Virus record (IMG/VR): IMGVR_UViG_3300024264_000006
Span: 1-64,000 of that record
From: a virus
Strand: one strand, 5' to 3'
Length of the DNA stretch: 64,000 bases
Position numbers and translations under genes: made by a program. Under the pieces are notes generated by a model. The model had not been told where the DNA came from. It was given only the letters and a program-made list of their open reading frames with translations, and searched no databases. Positions 1 through 8,714 of the stretch are shown piece by piece; positions within the stretch are counted from its first letter, which is position 1; every line of letters begins with the position of its first letter.

Positions 1-12
1 TTATTGATGCCA

Positions 13-381
13 TTAGTACTGGCCTCCGTTTATTGTTTGTTCTGTTAATTCTGTGGTCGTTTCAAATACTTCACTCGTTGAATTATAAACTAAGACGGAA
101 CCATTTACCTTGCTGCTGACATCAATACCTTCCAAGGTATTAATATTACCCCCAGACTGAATTGAGGTTTGCCATTCATTTGCTTCCGCATTGTAAACTA
201 AAATATGTTCGTCTTGAGCACCAGAAGCATTCACGCCCTGAATGTTGTTAATACTAACTACAGCTGCATTAACTTTTCGTACAGGACGGCCAACCGTTAC
301 TTTCTTTACGATTGTTATCCCTTTTGCGGAAACGTTGTCTACTGTAGTAGTTGTCCCGTCAGAACGTACCCTAATGGCCAT
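13..381 (-). CDS. putative virion structural protein
   Basis: 122-aa ORF with two 'VLVYN..A/S..W/F' fibre-linker-like motifs; lies in the late structural operon. Confidence 0.55.
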   Translation of the reverse strand: MAIRVRSDGTTTTVDNVSAKGITIVKKVTVGRPVRKVNAAVVSINNIQGVNASGAQDEHILVYNAEANEWQTSIQSGGNINTLEGIDVSSKVNGSVLVYNSTSEVFETTTELTEQTINGGQY

Positions 382-387
382 GCAATT

Positions 388-747
388 TTACCTTGTTACT
401 GAAGGTGATACTTTAATTTTTCCTTCCAAAACCCTTTCTATGATAGTATTACTATCTGAGTCTTGAAATTGGATTTCAACGTCATAAACGTATCTACCAC
501 GAGTATTCAATGTATCGGTTTGGGTGTTTGTTAGAGACATAGTAATTACCCCGTCTGTAGCCGGATCACCAACAATCGTAGTAAAATCTACGACATCGCT
601 GTCCGCAGTCGAGTTATAATTTCTTTTCATTTTGGCGTAACAGGTATATCCGGTCAAGTCTTTCTTAGACCCATCGGTTTCCACCAGTTCCAATTCAATT
701 GAAACGTCTGCGCCTTGATCGATGATGATTTCTTCGTATGTCGCCAT
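388..747 (-). CDS. virion structural protein (BppU-N-like, common in marine T4-like phages)
   Basis: 'IIIDQGADVS..DLTGY..AKMKRNY..GRYVYDV..RVLEGKIKVSPSVTR' pattern; TATAAATA upstream. Confidence 0.7.
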   Translation of the reverse strand: MATYEEIIIDQGADVSIELELVETDGSKKDLTGYTCYAKMKRNYNSTADSDVVDFTTIVGDPATDGVITMSLTNTQTDTLNTRGRYVYDVEIQFQDSDSNTIIERVLEGKIKVSPSVTR

Positions 748-781
748 TCCCAGTCCCAGTTAAGTGAATACTTTCTTGTTT

Positions 782-789
782 TATTTATA
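782..789 (-). promoter_or_regulatory. T4-type late promoter TATAAATA
   Basis: exact consensus in the intergenic gap upstream of 388..747. Confidence 0.7.
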
Positions 790-811
790 TAAACAAGGAA
801 CTGAAAAATTA

Positions 812-1519
812 CTATTCTCCCGCAATTTCAGCGATTACTTCGTCCTGTAAATTGAGAGACATATCATTATGATTGAATATGAAGGATACTGTAATACGAT
901 TACAGTCTGTGGAGGCTGCGTGATAACATACCTTATCCGGTTCTTCGTGAAGACCAAAGTAACCAGCCTTTAACTGCCAGCCGGGTTCGTCTTGCATAGT
1001 TACGATCTTTTTGGTCTTCGGGTCTAGATACTTGAACCAACCATCTCCGGTCTCTGACCAAGAGAATATTAGATTATAGCCGGGAGCGTTCCAATTGGTA
1101 TGCCATGAGATGAATCCGCCTGGCGGATAAAAGGCACACAATGCGTTATTTCTTGTTCCTAAAAAGAGTTGAATCTCACTATTGATTTTATAGATAGAAT
1201 CAGTAATAATCTTTCTAGTGTTGTGGTCAGAACGAGATTTAAAACTTTTACCCATTTCTTTCGGGTCAGAAGGTTTAAAGTTTCTTGCCAAAAAGTGATC
1301 TGGGAACCCTTCGTGTCTATCCCCTTCTATTTGAATTAGATGTTTTAGGTATTCCTCACCGACCCACTTATCTCTTTGTGAAGCCTCTTTGTTTTGGTCT
1401 TCACATTGTAAGTGTGTGCTATCCTCAAAACCATCGATATTAGATATCTCAATATACTTGTTAAGAAGTTCAAGTATTTCTTCATTCTTTACGGGGACTT
1501 TTCTAATCATCTCTGTCAT
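812..1519 (-). CDS. 2OG-Fe(II)/cupin-fold oxygenase-like protein
   Basis: 'YPPGGFISWHTN...CYHAA...NRITVSF' double-stranded beta-helix layout; HxN in place of HxD. Confidence 0.55.
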   Translation of the reverse strand: MTEMIRKVPVKNEEILELLNKYIEISNIDGFEDSTHLQCEDQNKEASQRDKWVGEEYLKHLIQIEGDRHEGFPDHFLARNFKPSDPKEMGKSFKSRSDHNTRKIITDSIYKINSEIQLFLGTRNNALCAFYPPGGFISWHTNWNAPGYNLIFSWSETGDGWFKYLDPKTKKIVTMQDEPGWQLKAGYFGLHEEPDKVCYHAASTDCNRITVSFIFNHNDMSLNLQDEVIAEIAGE

Positions 1520-2250
1520 ATAATATACCCGTCTTTATCAAGACCGCATGAATAGTGTCTAAGAACAATACCACCTTCTGGATAGGGAGTTCTAGCAGGA
1601 TTCAATGCGTTGTAATAGTTCCACCTAAGATCATTATCAAAGATACCAACTTTTAGTTCTTTATATTTGGGGTCTTTGTTTACCAACCACCATAAGGAAA
1701 ACTGATCCCATGATCGGAGACTCTCAACATATCCTACTGGCCACCATTCACGATCCATTTGTTTGCGTGTAAGTTCCCACCAATCATTCATGAATTCACG
1801 GACGATGGGTTTACGCATATCATACAGACAAACACCACCGCAGAGATCAAAGATTTGTTTTCCCTCTGGACTATCAAACCTACGTTCCGCATAAACATAT
1901 TCACGGTCATCTGTCAATGCAGTAAACATAACATCATTATCAGCCATCTCATCAAAGACAGTTGAGATATCTTCGTGTTCACATTCCATATCTGCATCGA
2001 TGTAAAAGGTTAGGTCATAAGGAGACTTGGCCATACCCCAAAGCTTTGCACGATAGTGATTGTTACACCAGATTACTTGATCAAAGATATCACGATGAAG
2101 TTCCTCAAACATCCACTCTTCACACACAAGAGTTATCTTGGCATCTTCGTGGTAGTCTAGAATTGATTCGGATAGATTTATCGCATATCTATAAAAGTTG
2201 ATTTTATTAGATGCTACAATTACATACCCTTTACTCGGCTGTAGTGACAT
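1516..2250 (-). CDS. GT-A fold glycosyltransferase
   Basis: DxD motif 'TFYIDADM', 'GGVCLY', 'WDQFSL', C-terminal 'HY'. Confidence 0.75.
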   Translation of the reverse strand: MSLQPSKGYVIVASNKINFYRYAINLSESILDYHEDAKITLVCEEWMFEELHRDIFDQVIWCNNHYRAKLWGMAKSPYDLTFYIDADMECEHEDISTVFDEMADNDVMFTALTDDREYVYAERRFDSPEGKQIFDLCGGVCLYDMRKPIVREFMNDWWELTRKQMDREWWPVGYVESLRSWDQFSLWWLVNKDPKYKELKVGIFDNDLRWNYYNALNPARTPYPEGGIVLRHYSCGLDKDGYII

Positions 2251-2701
2251 CCTCTTCTCTCTTCTTAAGTTCTTCCATTACGATCATGATTGCATACAAG
2301 TCAACTTCGACACGATTTTTTGCACGGCGAAGTTTAGACTTGAGTTGACGATTCTTAGAGTTCTTGATATCATCAATCTCAAATGCTTCTAACTTATAGT
2401 TGAAGAGTCTTTCTAGTTTACGAGCTTTTGCGTGTTCTAGTTCACGTTGTTTGTTTTCTTCGCTTTCCCGTTTACTTCGGGCATTCCGTTCTTCGGTGTT
2501 TGCGGTAATTAATTCATCACCAAGGGCTTCCACAACTTCTTCGTAGTCGGGATTGGGATTACCTTCTGCATCAACTTTACGAAGCTTCATAACTTGACGG
2601 GTAACTCGACCCACATCATCTTCAATCTCCAAAATACAGTTGAGCATTTCTTTCTCATCTGTTTCCCAGAATGCATTATCCATCCATTTTCTTGAACTCA
2701 T
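2231..2701 (-). CDS. hypothetical protein, possible fibre-associated chaperone
   Basis: 156-aa charged helical ORF directly downstream of the repeat fibres. Confidence 0.45.
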   Translation of the reverse strand: MSSRKWMDNAFWETDEKEMLNCILEIEDDVGRVTRQVMKLRKVDAEGNPNPDYEEVVEALGDELITANTEERNARSKRESEENKQRELEHAKARKLERLFNYKLEAFEIDDIKNSKNRQLKSKLRRAKNRVEVDLYAIMIVMEELKKREEDVTTAE

Positions 2702-2774
2702 TTCAGTCTCCTAATATAAATGATCTATATGGTATATAGGTCAAAGTTTATGATACATTATAATAGATCAGTTG

Positions 2775-5700
2775 TCAAGCTGTTCTTACATATAATGTAT
2801 ATGTTTGTATTGTACTCGACCCACTTTGGATTGTTAATCCAATGTAGTTACCTACAAAATCCCTTTGATAGTTACCTATGAAATCACGTGTGTAATTTCC
2901 AGTAAATCCAGTGGAATAGTTTCCTATGTAATCTCCAGCGAAGTCACGAGTACTTGTTCGTGTACTGGTACTTGTGTAAGCCGAAGTTCTAGTCCTACTG
3001 AATGCAGAAGTTCTAGTACGTGTCGATACTCTAGTAGAAGTTCTTGCATACTCACCTAAGAAATCACGTGAGTAGTTACCGACAAAATTTCCAGCAAAGT
3101 CTGTCACTCTATCTCTTGAGTAGTTGCCTATGAAATCACGTGAGTAATTACCTACGAAATTTCCAGCAAAGTTTGTTACTCTGTCTCTTATATATTCACC
3201 TAAGAAGTCACGAGTATAGTTGCCTATGAAGTTACCCAAGTAATCTCCAACAAACGTTCTACTATAGTTGCCTACAAAGTCACGTGCGTAGTTACCAACA
3301 AAGTCCCCTGTGAATGTTTGGAGACTATTTCTTGTGTACTCACCCACAAACGTTCTACTATAGTTACCCACAAAGTCACGAGTACTTGTTCTTGTAGAAG
3401 TTCTTGCGTATGTGGAAACTCTACCACGAGTGTATGTAGAAACACGGGTTCTTGAGTAAGCTGATACACGAGTTCTTGTAGAAGTCCTTGCGTATTCACC
3501 TAAGAAGTTACCAGCATAGTCGCCTGCAAAGTTACGTGCATAATCACCCACATAGTTACCAGCAAAGTCTCTGTTGTAGTTACCAGTGTAGTTACCAACA
3601 AAATCTCCAGCAAAGTTACGTGCGTAGTTTCCGACAAAGTTACCAGCAAAGTCTGTTACTCTATCACGAGTGTAGGCCGAACTTCTAGTACGTGTTGAGG
3701 TTCTTGCGTAGGCAGAAACTCTGTTACGAGTCGAAGTTCTAGTAGAAGTACGAGTAAAGTTACCAGTGTAATTTGTTATTCTAGTTCTTGCGTAGGCAGA
3801 AACTCTGTTACGAGTCGAAGTTCTAGTAGAAGTACGAGTAAAGTCACCAGTGTAATCTGTTATACGAGTACGTGAATAGTTACCTACAAAGTCTCCAGCG
3901 TAGTACAAAGTACGAGTATAGTTACCAGTGTAGTACAAAGTACGAGTATAGTTACCCGTAAAGTTACCAGCATAATATAAAGTTCTTGTGTAGTTACCAG
4001 CGTAGGACAAAGTACGAGTATAGTTACCCGCAAAGTTACCCGTAAAGTTACCCGTAAAGTTACCAGCGTAAGTAACGTTTCTAGAGTAGTTTACCGTTCT
4101 AGAGTAAAATCTGAAATATGGTTCTGGTTCATACCCAGTTCCACCCATGAACCATCTACTATAGATCACGCTTCTTGAATAGTTAACCGCTGCAACTCTA
4201 GAACGTGTTGATGTACGAGTCGAGGTACGAGTCGAGGTACGAGTGTATGTTCCCGTTGCGGTTCTAGTACGAGTGTATGTTCCGGTGCCGGTACTTGTAC
4301 GTGTTGAATCACGAGTGTATGTTCCCGTTGCGGTTCTAGTACGAGTGTATGTTCCGGTGCCGGTACTTGTACGTGTAGAAGTCCTTGTGTAGTTACCCAC
4401 AAAGTCTCCGGTAAAGACTGTCGCATAGTTACCAAGATAGTTACCCGCAAAGTCACCAACGAAGGTTCTGCTATAGTTACCAACGAAGTCTCCGGTAAAG
4501 ACCGTGGTATAGTTACCAAGATAGTTACCCGCAAAGTCACCAACGAAGGTTCTGCTATAGTTACCAACAAAATCCCCCGCAAAGTTTCTACTGTAGTTTC
4601 CTACAAAGTTACCCGCAAAGTTGGTTATCCTGTCACGGGTGAATGTGGAAGTTCTAGTACGTGTAGAAGTTCTAGTATAAGCTGCTGAATATGCACTTGT
4701 ACGAGTTCTAGTAGAAGTACGAGTATATGTAGATGTACGAGTTCTAGTAGAAGTACGGGTTGATGTACGTGCATAATCACCCACATAGTTACCAGCAAAG
4801 TTTCTACTGTAGTTTCCTAAAAAGTTTCTTGAATAGTTACCAGTAAATGTCCTTGCATAGTCACCTACGAAATCACCCGCATAGTTTGATACACGAGTTC
4901 TGTTATAGGTAGAGACCCTGTTACGAGAGTAATTCCCTACAAAGTCACCAACGTAATCTGTGATTCTAGTTCTTGCGTAGGTAGAAGTTCTAGTTCTAGC
5001 ATAAGCGGAAACCCTGTTACGTGTGAAGTTCGTTTCTCTATCACGAGTGTAGGCTGACACTCTTGTTCTGGTATAGTTTCCGACAAAGTTACCAGCAAAG
5101 TCTGTTACTCTATCACGAGTGTAGGCCGAAACTCTAGTTCTACTATAGTTCCCTATAAAGTTACCAGCAAAGTTGGTTACCCTGTCACGGTTATAAGTTG
5201 ATACCCTTGTCCTACTATAGTTACCAACATAATCCCCAGCGTAATTACCAGCAAAGTCTCTGTTGTAATTTCCTATGAAATCTCTGGTGTAATCACCAAC
5301 GTAATCTCCAGCATAGGTTGAGGTTCTGGTACGTGTTGAGGTTCTGGCGAATGTTGATCCACGTGATCTAGTATAACTTGAATTTCTTGATCTTGAATAT
5401 GCGGATGTACGTGTTCTTGCGTAAGCTTGATCCGCAGTATCTTTCTTCGTGTCCGTTGCAGTACCCACAGTTGCCCATGTTCCGGAGTCTGTGGGAGCTC
5501 CTTGTGAAGAGGAACGTAATTGGTAAGAACCGACTTCACCAGCGGTTGTTCTCAATGTTCTTACAAATGACCCAACAGTGTTCACGATGTCTGTATCAGA
5601 CATTTCTTGAATATCACCATCACTACGTAGACCAATTGGTCTCACCGTAGTTGGTGCTGTCATGGCATTTCTTTGATAGATGTTATATGGTACAGTAGTT

Positions 5701-6209
5701 CCGTCCGTCTGAGTGTCACTGAAGACCCCAGAAATATGAGTTGTATAATCTGCGCCGGGAGAAGAAGCCCCTAATTTGTATAAGCCAGGATATTCGGATG
5801 TTGCAATACGAGAATTAATTCTACGTGCAAGAATCGTCATGTCAGAGTCAGGCATCTCATAAAGACTTGGTACTGAACTTCCATCTTCCGCATATCCAAC
5901 GGGACGAAGACCTGATCCCTCGCTCGCTGTACCAGCTTTCTGATAAACTGTAGTTGTAGTACTTCCAGAGGTGATTGCAGATGCGGGGTGTGTTCCAACA
6001 GCTTGGTTGTTAAACGTGTCTACAAAAGAACCGATACTCGTACCACCTGTTGAGGTAAGAGTTATATCGGATACTAGATTTGTTCCACCAGCACTGGCAG
6101 CCAAGGCGTCTTTACCGACCACATAGGCAAGGTAGTTTTCATCAGTAGAATTCATCTCCTGAAGATCGCCGTTGGTTCCTTGTAATTTTAGTGGTACATT
6201 CGAAGACAT
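2775..6209 (-). CDS. self-complementary tetrapeptide-repeat fibre protein (1144 aa)
   Basis: about 262-aa base domain with three 'P..x..EM.DxD'-like repeats, then YxRx / FxG[ND] / STRT / RxSx tetrads; C-terminus paralogous to 6244..8700. Confidence 0.8.
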   Translation of the reverse strand: MSSNVPLKLQGTNGDLQEMNSTDENYLAYVVGKDALAASAGGTNLVSDITLTSTGGTSIGSFVDTFNNQAVGTHPASAITSGSTTTTVYQKAGTASEGSGLRPVGYAEDGSSVPSLYEMPDSDMTILARRINSRIATSEYPGLYKLGASSPGADYTTHISGVFSDTQTDGTTVPYNIYQRNAMTAPTTVRPIGLRSDGDIQEMSDTDIVNTVGSFVRTLRTTAGEVGSYQLRSSSQGAPTDSGTWATVGTATDTKKDTADQAYARTRTSAYSRSRNSSYTRSRGSTFARTSTRTRTSTYAGDYVGDYTRDFIGNYNRDFAGNYAGDYVGNYSRTRVSTYNRDRVTNFAGNFIGNYSRTRVSAYTRDRVTDFAGNFVGNYTRTRVSAYTRDRETNFTRNRVSAYARTRTSTYARTRITDYVGDFVGNYSRNRVSTYNRTRVSNYAGDFVGDYARTFTGNYSRNFLGNYSRNFAGNYVGDYARTSTRTSTRTRTSTYTRTSTRTRTSAYSAAYTRTSTRTRTSTFTRDRITNFAGNFVGNYSRNFAGDFVGNYSRTFVGDFAGNYLGNYTTVFTGDFVGNYSRTFVGDFAGNYLGNYATVFTGDFVGNYTRTSTRTSTGTGTYTRTRTATGTYTRDSTRTSTGTGTYTRTRTATGTYTRTSTRTSTRTSTRSRVAAVNYSRSVIYSRWFMGGTGYEPEPYFRFYSRTVNYSRNVTYAGNFTGNFTGNFAGNYTRTLSYAGNYTRTLYYAGNFTGNYTRTLYYTGNYTRTLYYAGDFVGNYSRTRITDYTGDFTRTSTRTSTRNRVSAYARTRITNYTGNFTRTSTRTSTRNRVSAYARTSTRTRSSAYTRDRVTDFAGNFVGNYARNFAGDFVGNYTGNYNRDFAGNYVGDYARNFAGDYAGNFLGEYARTSTRTRVSAYSRTRVSTYTRGRVSTYARTSTRTSTRDFVGNYSRTFVGEYTRNSLQTFTGDFVGNYARDFVGNYSRTFVGDYLGNFIGNYTRDFLGEYIRDRVTNFAGNFVGNYSRDFIGNYSRDRVTDFAGNFVGNYSRDFLGEYARTSTRVSTRTRTSAFSRTRTSAYTSTSTRTSTRDFAGDYIGNYSTGFTGNYTRDFIGNYQRDFVGNYIGLTIQSGSSTIQTYTLYVRTA
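2838..5423 (-). repeat. 12-bp-period (tetrapeptide) coding repeat array with 84-bp and 72-bp tandem duplications
   Basis: 84-bp period at 3701/3785 and 4402/4486; 72-bp period at 4241/4313. Confidence 0.9.
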
Positions 6210-6243
6210 TTATATCTCACACATTCTGTTAATCTTCTTCTAT

Positions 6244-8700
6244 TTATGCATATCGAACATACAAGGTATAAGTTTCTATTACAGATGATCCTGAACCGAT
6301 AGTTGTTCCTGTGTAATTACCCACAAAGTCACGTGAGTAGTTACCTACAAAGTCTCTAGAATAATCCCCAATGAAGTCACCAGCGTAGTTCGATGTACGA
6401 GTTCGGGTAGAATCTCTCGTATAAGCTGAAACTCTTCCTCTTGTATATGCAGATACTCTATTTCTTGAGAAGGTATCTGTTGAATCTCTTGTGTAATCTC
6501 CTATAAAGTCTCTAGAGAAAGAATTTCCGAAATTTCTGCTGGAAGTTCTGGTGGAAGTTCTCTCGTAACTAGAAACTCTTGTACGTTCATAGTTACGAGA
6601 ATATTCTCCAAAAAAGTCTCTTGAATAGTTACCTTCAAAACTTCTAGTGTAATCACGTGCACTTGTACGTGTATAGTTAGAAGCTCTTGTCCTACTATAG
6701 TCACGAGAATATTCACCTAAGAAGTTACCAGCAAAGTCACGAGCACTTGTTCTTGTTGAGGTTCTCGTTGAGGTACGTTCATAGTTGCCTATAAAGTCTC
6801 TAGAATAATCCCCAATGAAGTCACCAGCAAAGTTACGTGCATAATCAGTAATACGAGTACGTGTTGAGGTACGTGCATAATCGCCAGTGAAGTCACCAGT
6901 GAATTCACCAGCAAACCCCACGATACGTTGCCGTGTATATTCCCCAGTATAGGTTCTGTCACCAAGATAGTTTATGTTTCTGTAGTACGTTATGGTTTCG
7001 TATCCGGTGCCGTCTGGGTCTCTGGAGAAACCGTGCGCCCTAGAAAAAGGAATATCGGTCGAAACCCTGTTTCTAATATAATTTCCAAGAAAACTCGGAC
7101 TGTTACTATACTCTCCAGTATAATAGACTGTACGAGTAAAATCTCTAAAGAAAAAGTCTATGGGTATACCATCACCGTCTACTTCAGGTGAACCAAAGGT
7201 GCCCACCGATATAATTGTTGCAGCTCTGTTTCTAGTAAAGGTTGCGGCAATCGATTCTCTAGTCGATTCTCTAGTCGAGTTTCGAGTATATTCACCTAAG
7301 AAGTTACCAGCGTAGTTACCAGCGTAATTACTACTTCTTGTACGTGTTGAGGTTCGTTGATAGTGACGAGTTGAGGTACGAGAATATTCACCTAAGAAGT
7401 TACCAGCGAAGTTACCAGCGTAATTACTACTTCTTGTACGTGTTGAGGTTCTCGTAAAATCTCTGGAATAGTCACCAATGAAGTCTCTAGTATAGTCACC
7501 TGTGAAATTACGTGAAAAACTCCTTGAGTACACTCCTTCATAAGCTCTAGCATAACCGCCTTCGAAATTACGACTGTAGTTTCCTAAGAAATTACGTGTG
7601 TAATCACCTATAAAGTTTCCAGTGTAACTACTACTTCTTGTACGACCATAAGCTGATACTCTAGTTCTGTTATAGTTACCTATAAAGTTTCCAGTGTAAT
7701 TGCCAGCGAATGTACGTTCATAGTTGCCAGTGAATGTACGTTCATAGTTGCCTATGTAATCTCCAGCGAAGTCACGAGTACTTGTTCTTGTTGAGGTTCT
7801 CTGATAGTTACGAGTCGAGGTACGTAGGTAAGCTGACGTTCTAGTCCTAGCGTATGAAGTTTGTACCAAATTCTTTTTAGTGTTTGTTGCAGTACCCACT
7901 GCTCTCCAAGAACCTGTAGCTGGTTGACCTTGAGAACTTGATCGCAATTGATAAGAACCAATCGCATTAGAAGGAGCTCTTCTTGTTTTTGCACGTTGAC
8001 CCAAAGACACTTTCATCTGTCTTGTAGTCATCGGAGTCAAACCTTGGAATGTTCCGGTCTTACCACCACTTCTTTTCACCGACATTAGTTTGGTGACTGC
8101 ACCATCACTATCCAATATACTTGTAGGAGAGGATTGCGTTTCTCTACGATATATGTTATAATCTACCTGAGTTCCATCGGTCTGTGTATCCGAAAAAATA
8201 CCTGAAGAAAATACAGCATAATCTCCGCCTGGCGAAGATGAACCCAACTTAAATTGTCCTAGATAATCAGATAATGCAATTCGAGCATTTAAACGATCCG
8301 CAAATATGTTCATATCCGAATCGGACATTTCATGAACACCTTCTAAAAGGCTTGACGGGCCATCGGTAGGTGGGTTATAATAGGCTATTGGTTTTCTAAA
8401 ATCCGAATCTGCTTCTGACGCCGTACCTAGAATCTGATAAAGGTTTGTAGTAGTAGATGATGAAGATATAGATGAGGCCGGATGAGTACCTACTGATTCA
8501 TTAAAGTAGGTATCAATAAAGGAACCTGTTAAAGTATTGCCACTAGAAGTTAAAGTTAAATTGCCGACATCATTATTTGTCTCAATAAGGTGTTGTCCCA
8601 CCAAATAAGATAGATAATTTTCTTCTGTACTACTTAACCTCTTTAAATCACCCTGATCAGGACTTTGGAGTTTAAGCGGTTTACTCTTCGCAATTGGCAT
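6244..8700 (-). CDS. self-complementary tetrapeptide-repeat fibre protein, paralogue (818 aa)
   Basis: shares N-domain motifs ('ENYL.Y.VG','VGTHPAS','GSYQLRSSSQG') and C-terminus 'GSS.I.TYTLYVR.A' with 2775..6209. Confidence 0.8.
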   Translation of the reverse strand: MPIAKSKPLKLQSPDQGDLKRLSSTEENYLSYLVGQHLIETNNDVGNLTLTSSGNTLTGSFIDTYFNESVGTHPASSISSSSTTTNLYQILGTASEADSDFRKPIAYYNPPTDGPSSLLEGVHEMSDSDMNIFADRLNARIALSDYLGQFKLGSSSPGGDYAVFSSGIFSDTQTDGTQVDYNIYRRETQSSPTSILDSDGAVTKLMSVKRSGGKTGTFQGLTPMTTRQMKVSLGQRAKTRRAPSNAIGSYQLRSSSQGQPATGSWRAVGTATNTKKNLVQTSYARTRTSAYLRTSTRNYQRTSTRTSTRDFAGDYIGNYERTFTGNYERTFAGNYTGNFIGNYNRTRVSAYGRTRSSSYTGNFIGDYTRNFLGNYSRNFEGGYARAYEGVYSRSFSRNFTGDYTRDFIGDYSRDFTRTSTRTRSSNYAGNFAGNFLGEYSRTSTRHYQRTSTRTRSSNYAGNYAGNFLGEYTRNSTRESTRESIAATFTRNRAATIISVGTFGSPEVDGDGIPIDFFFRDFTRTVYYTGEYSNSPSFLGNYIRNRVSTDIPFSRAHGFSRDPDGTGYETITYYRNINYLGDRTYTGEYTRQRIVGFAGEFTGDFTGDYARTSTRTRITDYARNFAGDFIGDYSRDFIGNYERTSTRTSTRTSARDFAGNFLGEYSRDYSRTRASNYTRTSARDYTRSFEGNYSRDFFGEYSRNYERTRVSSYERTSTRTSSRNFGNSFSRDFIGDYTRDSTDTFSRNRVSAYTRGRVSAYTRDSTRTRTSNYAGDFIGDYSRDFVGNYSRDFVGNYTGTTIGSGSSVIETYTLYVRYA

Positions 8701-8714
8701 TCCACCGTCCTTTT

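Noticed and set aside
2838-7854. DNA-level inverted repeat or sense-antisense coding as the cause of the fibre symmetry
   Set aside because: In the units I checked, paired tetrads are not reverse complements (e.g. TTT ACG GGT AAC versus TCG ACT CGT ACC); the symmetry appears only in the protein.
2838-7854. CRISPR array or non-coding repeat array
   Set aside because: The repeats are degenerate 12-nt in-frame codon units with synonymous variation, have no spacers, and no cas genes are present.
2775-8700. Diversity-generating retroelement or RiPP precursor repeats
   Set aside because: No reverse transcriptase or adenine-specific TR/VR pair is visible; the long-range register fits a structural role better than cleaved core peptides.
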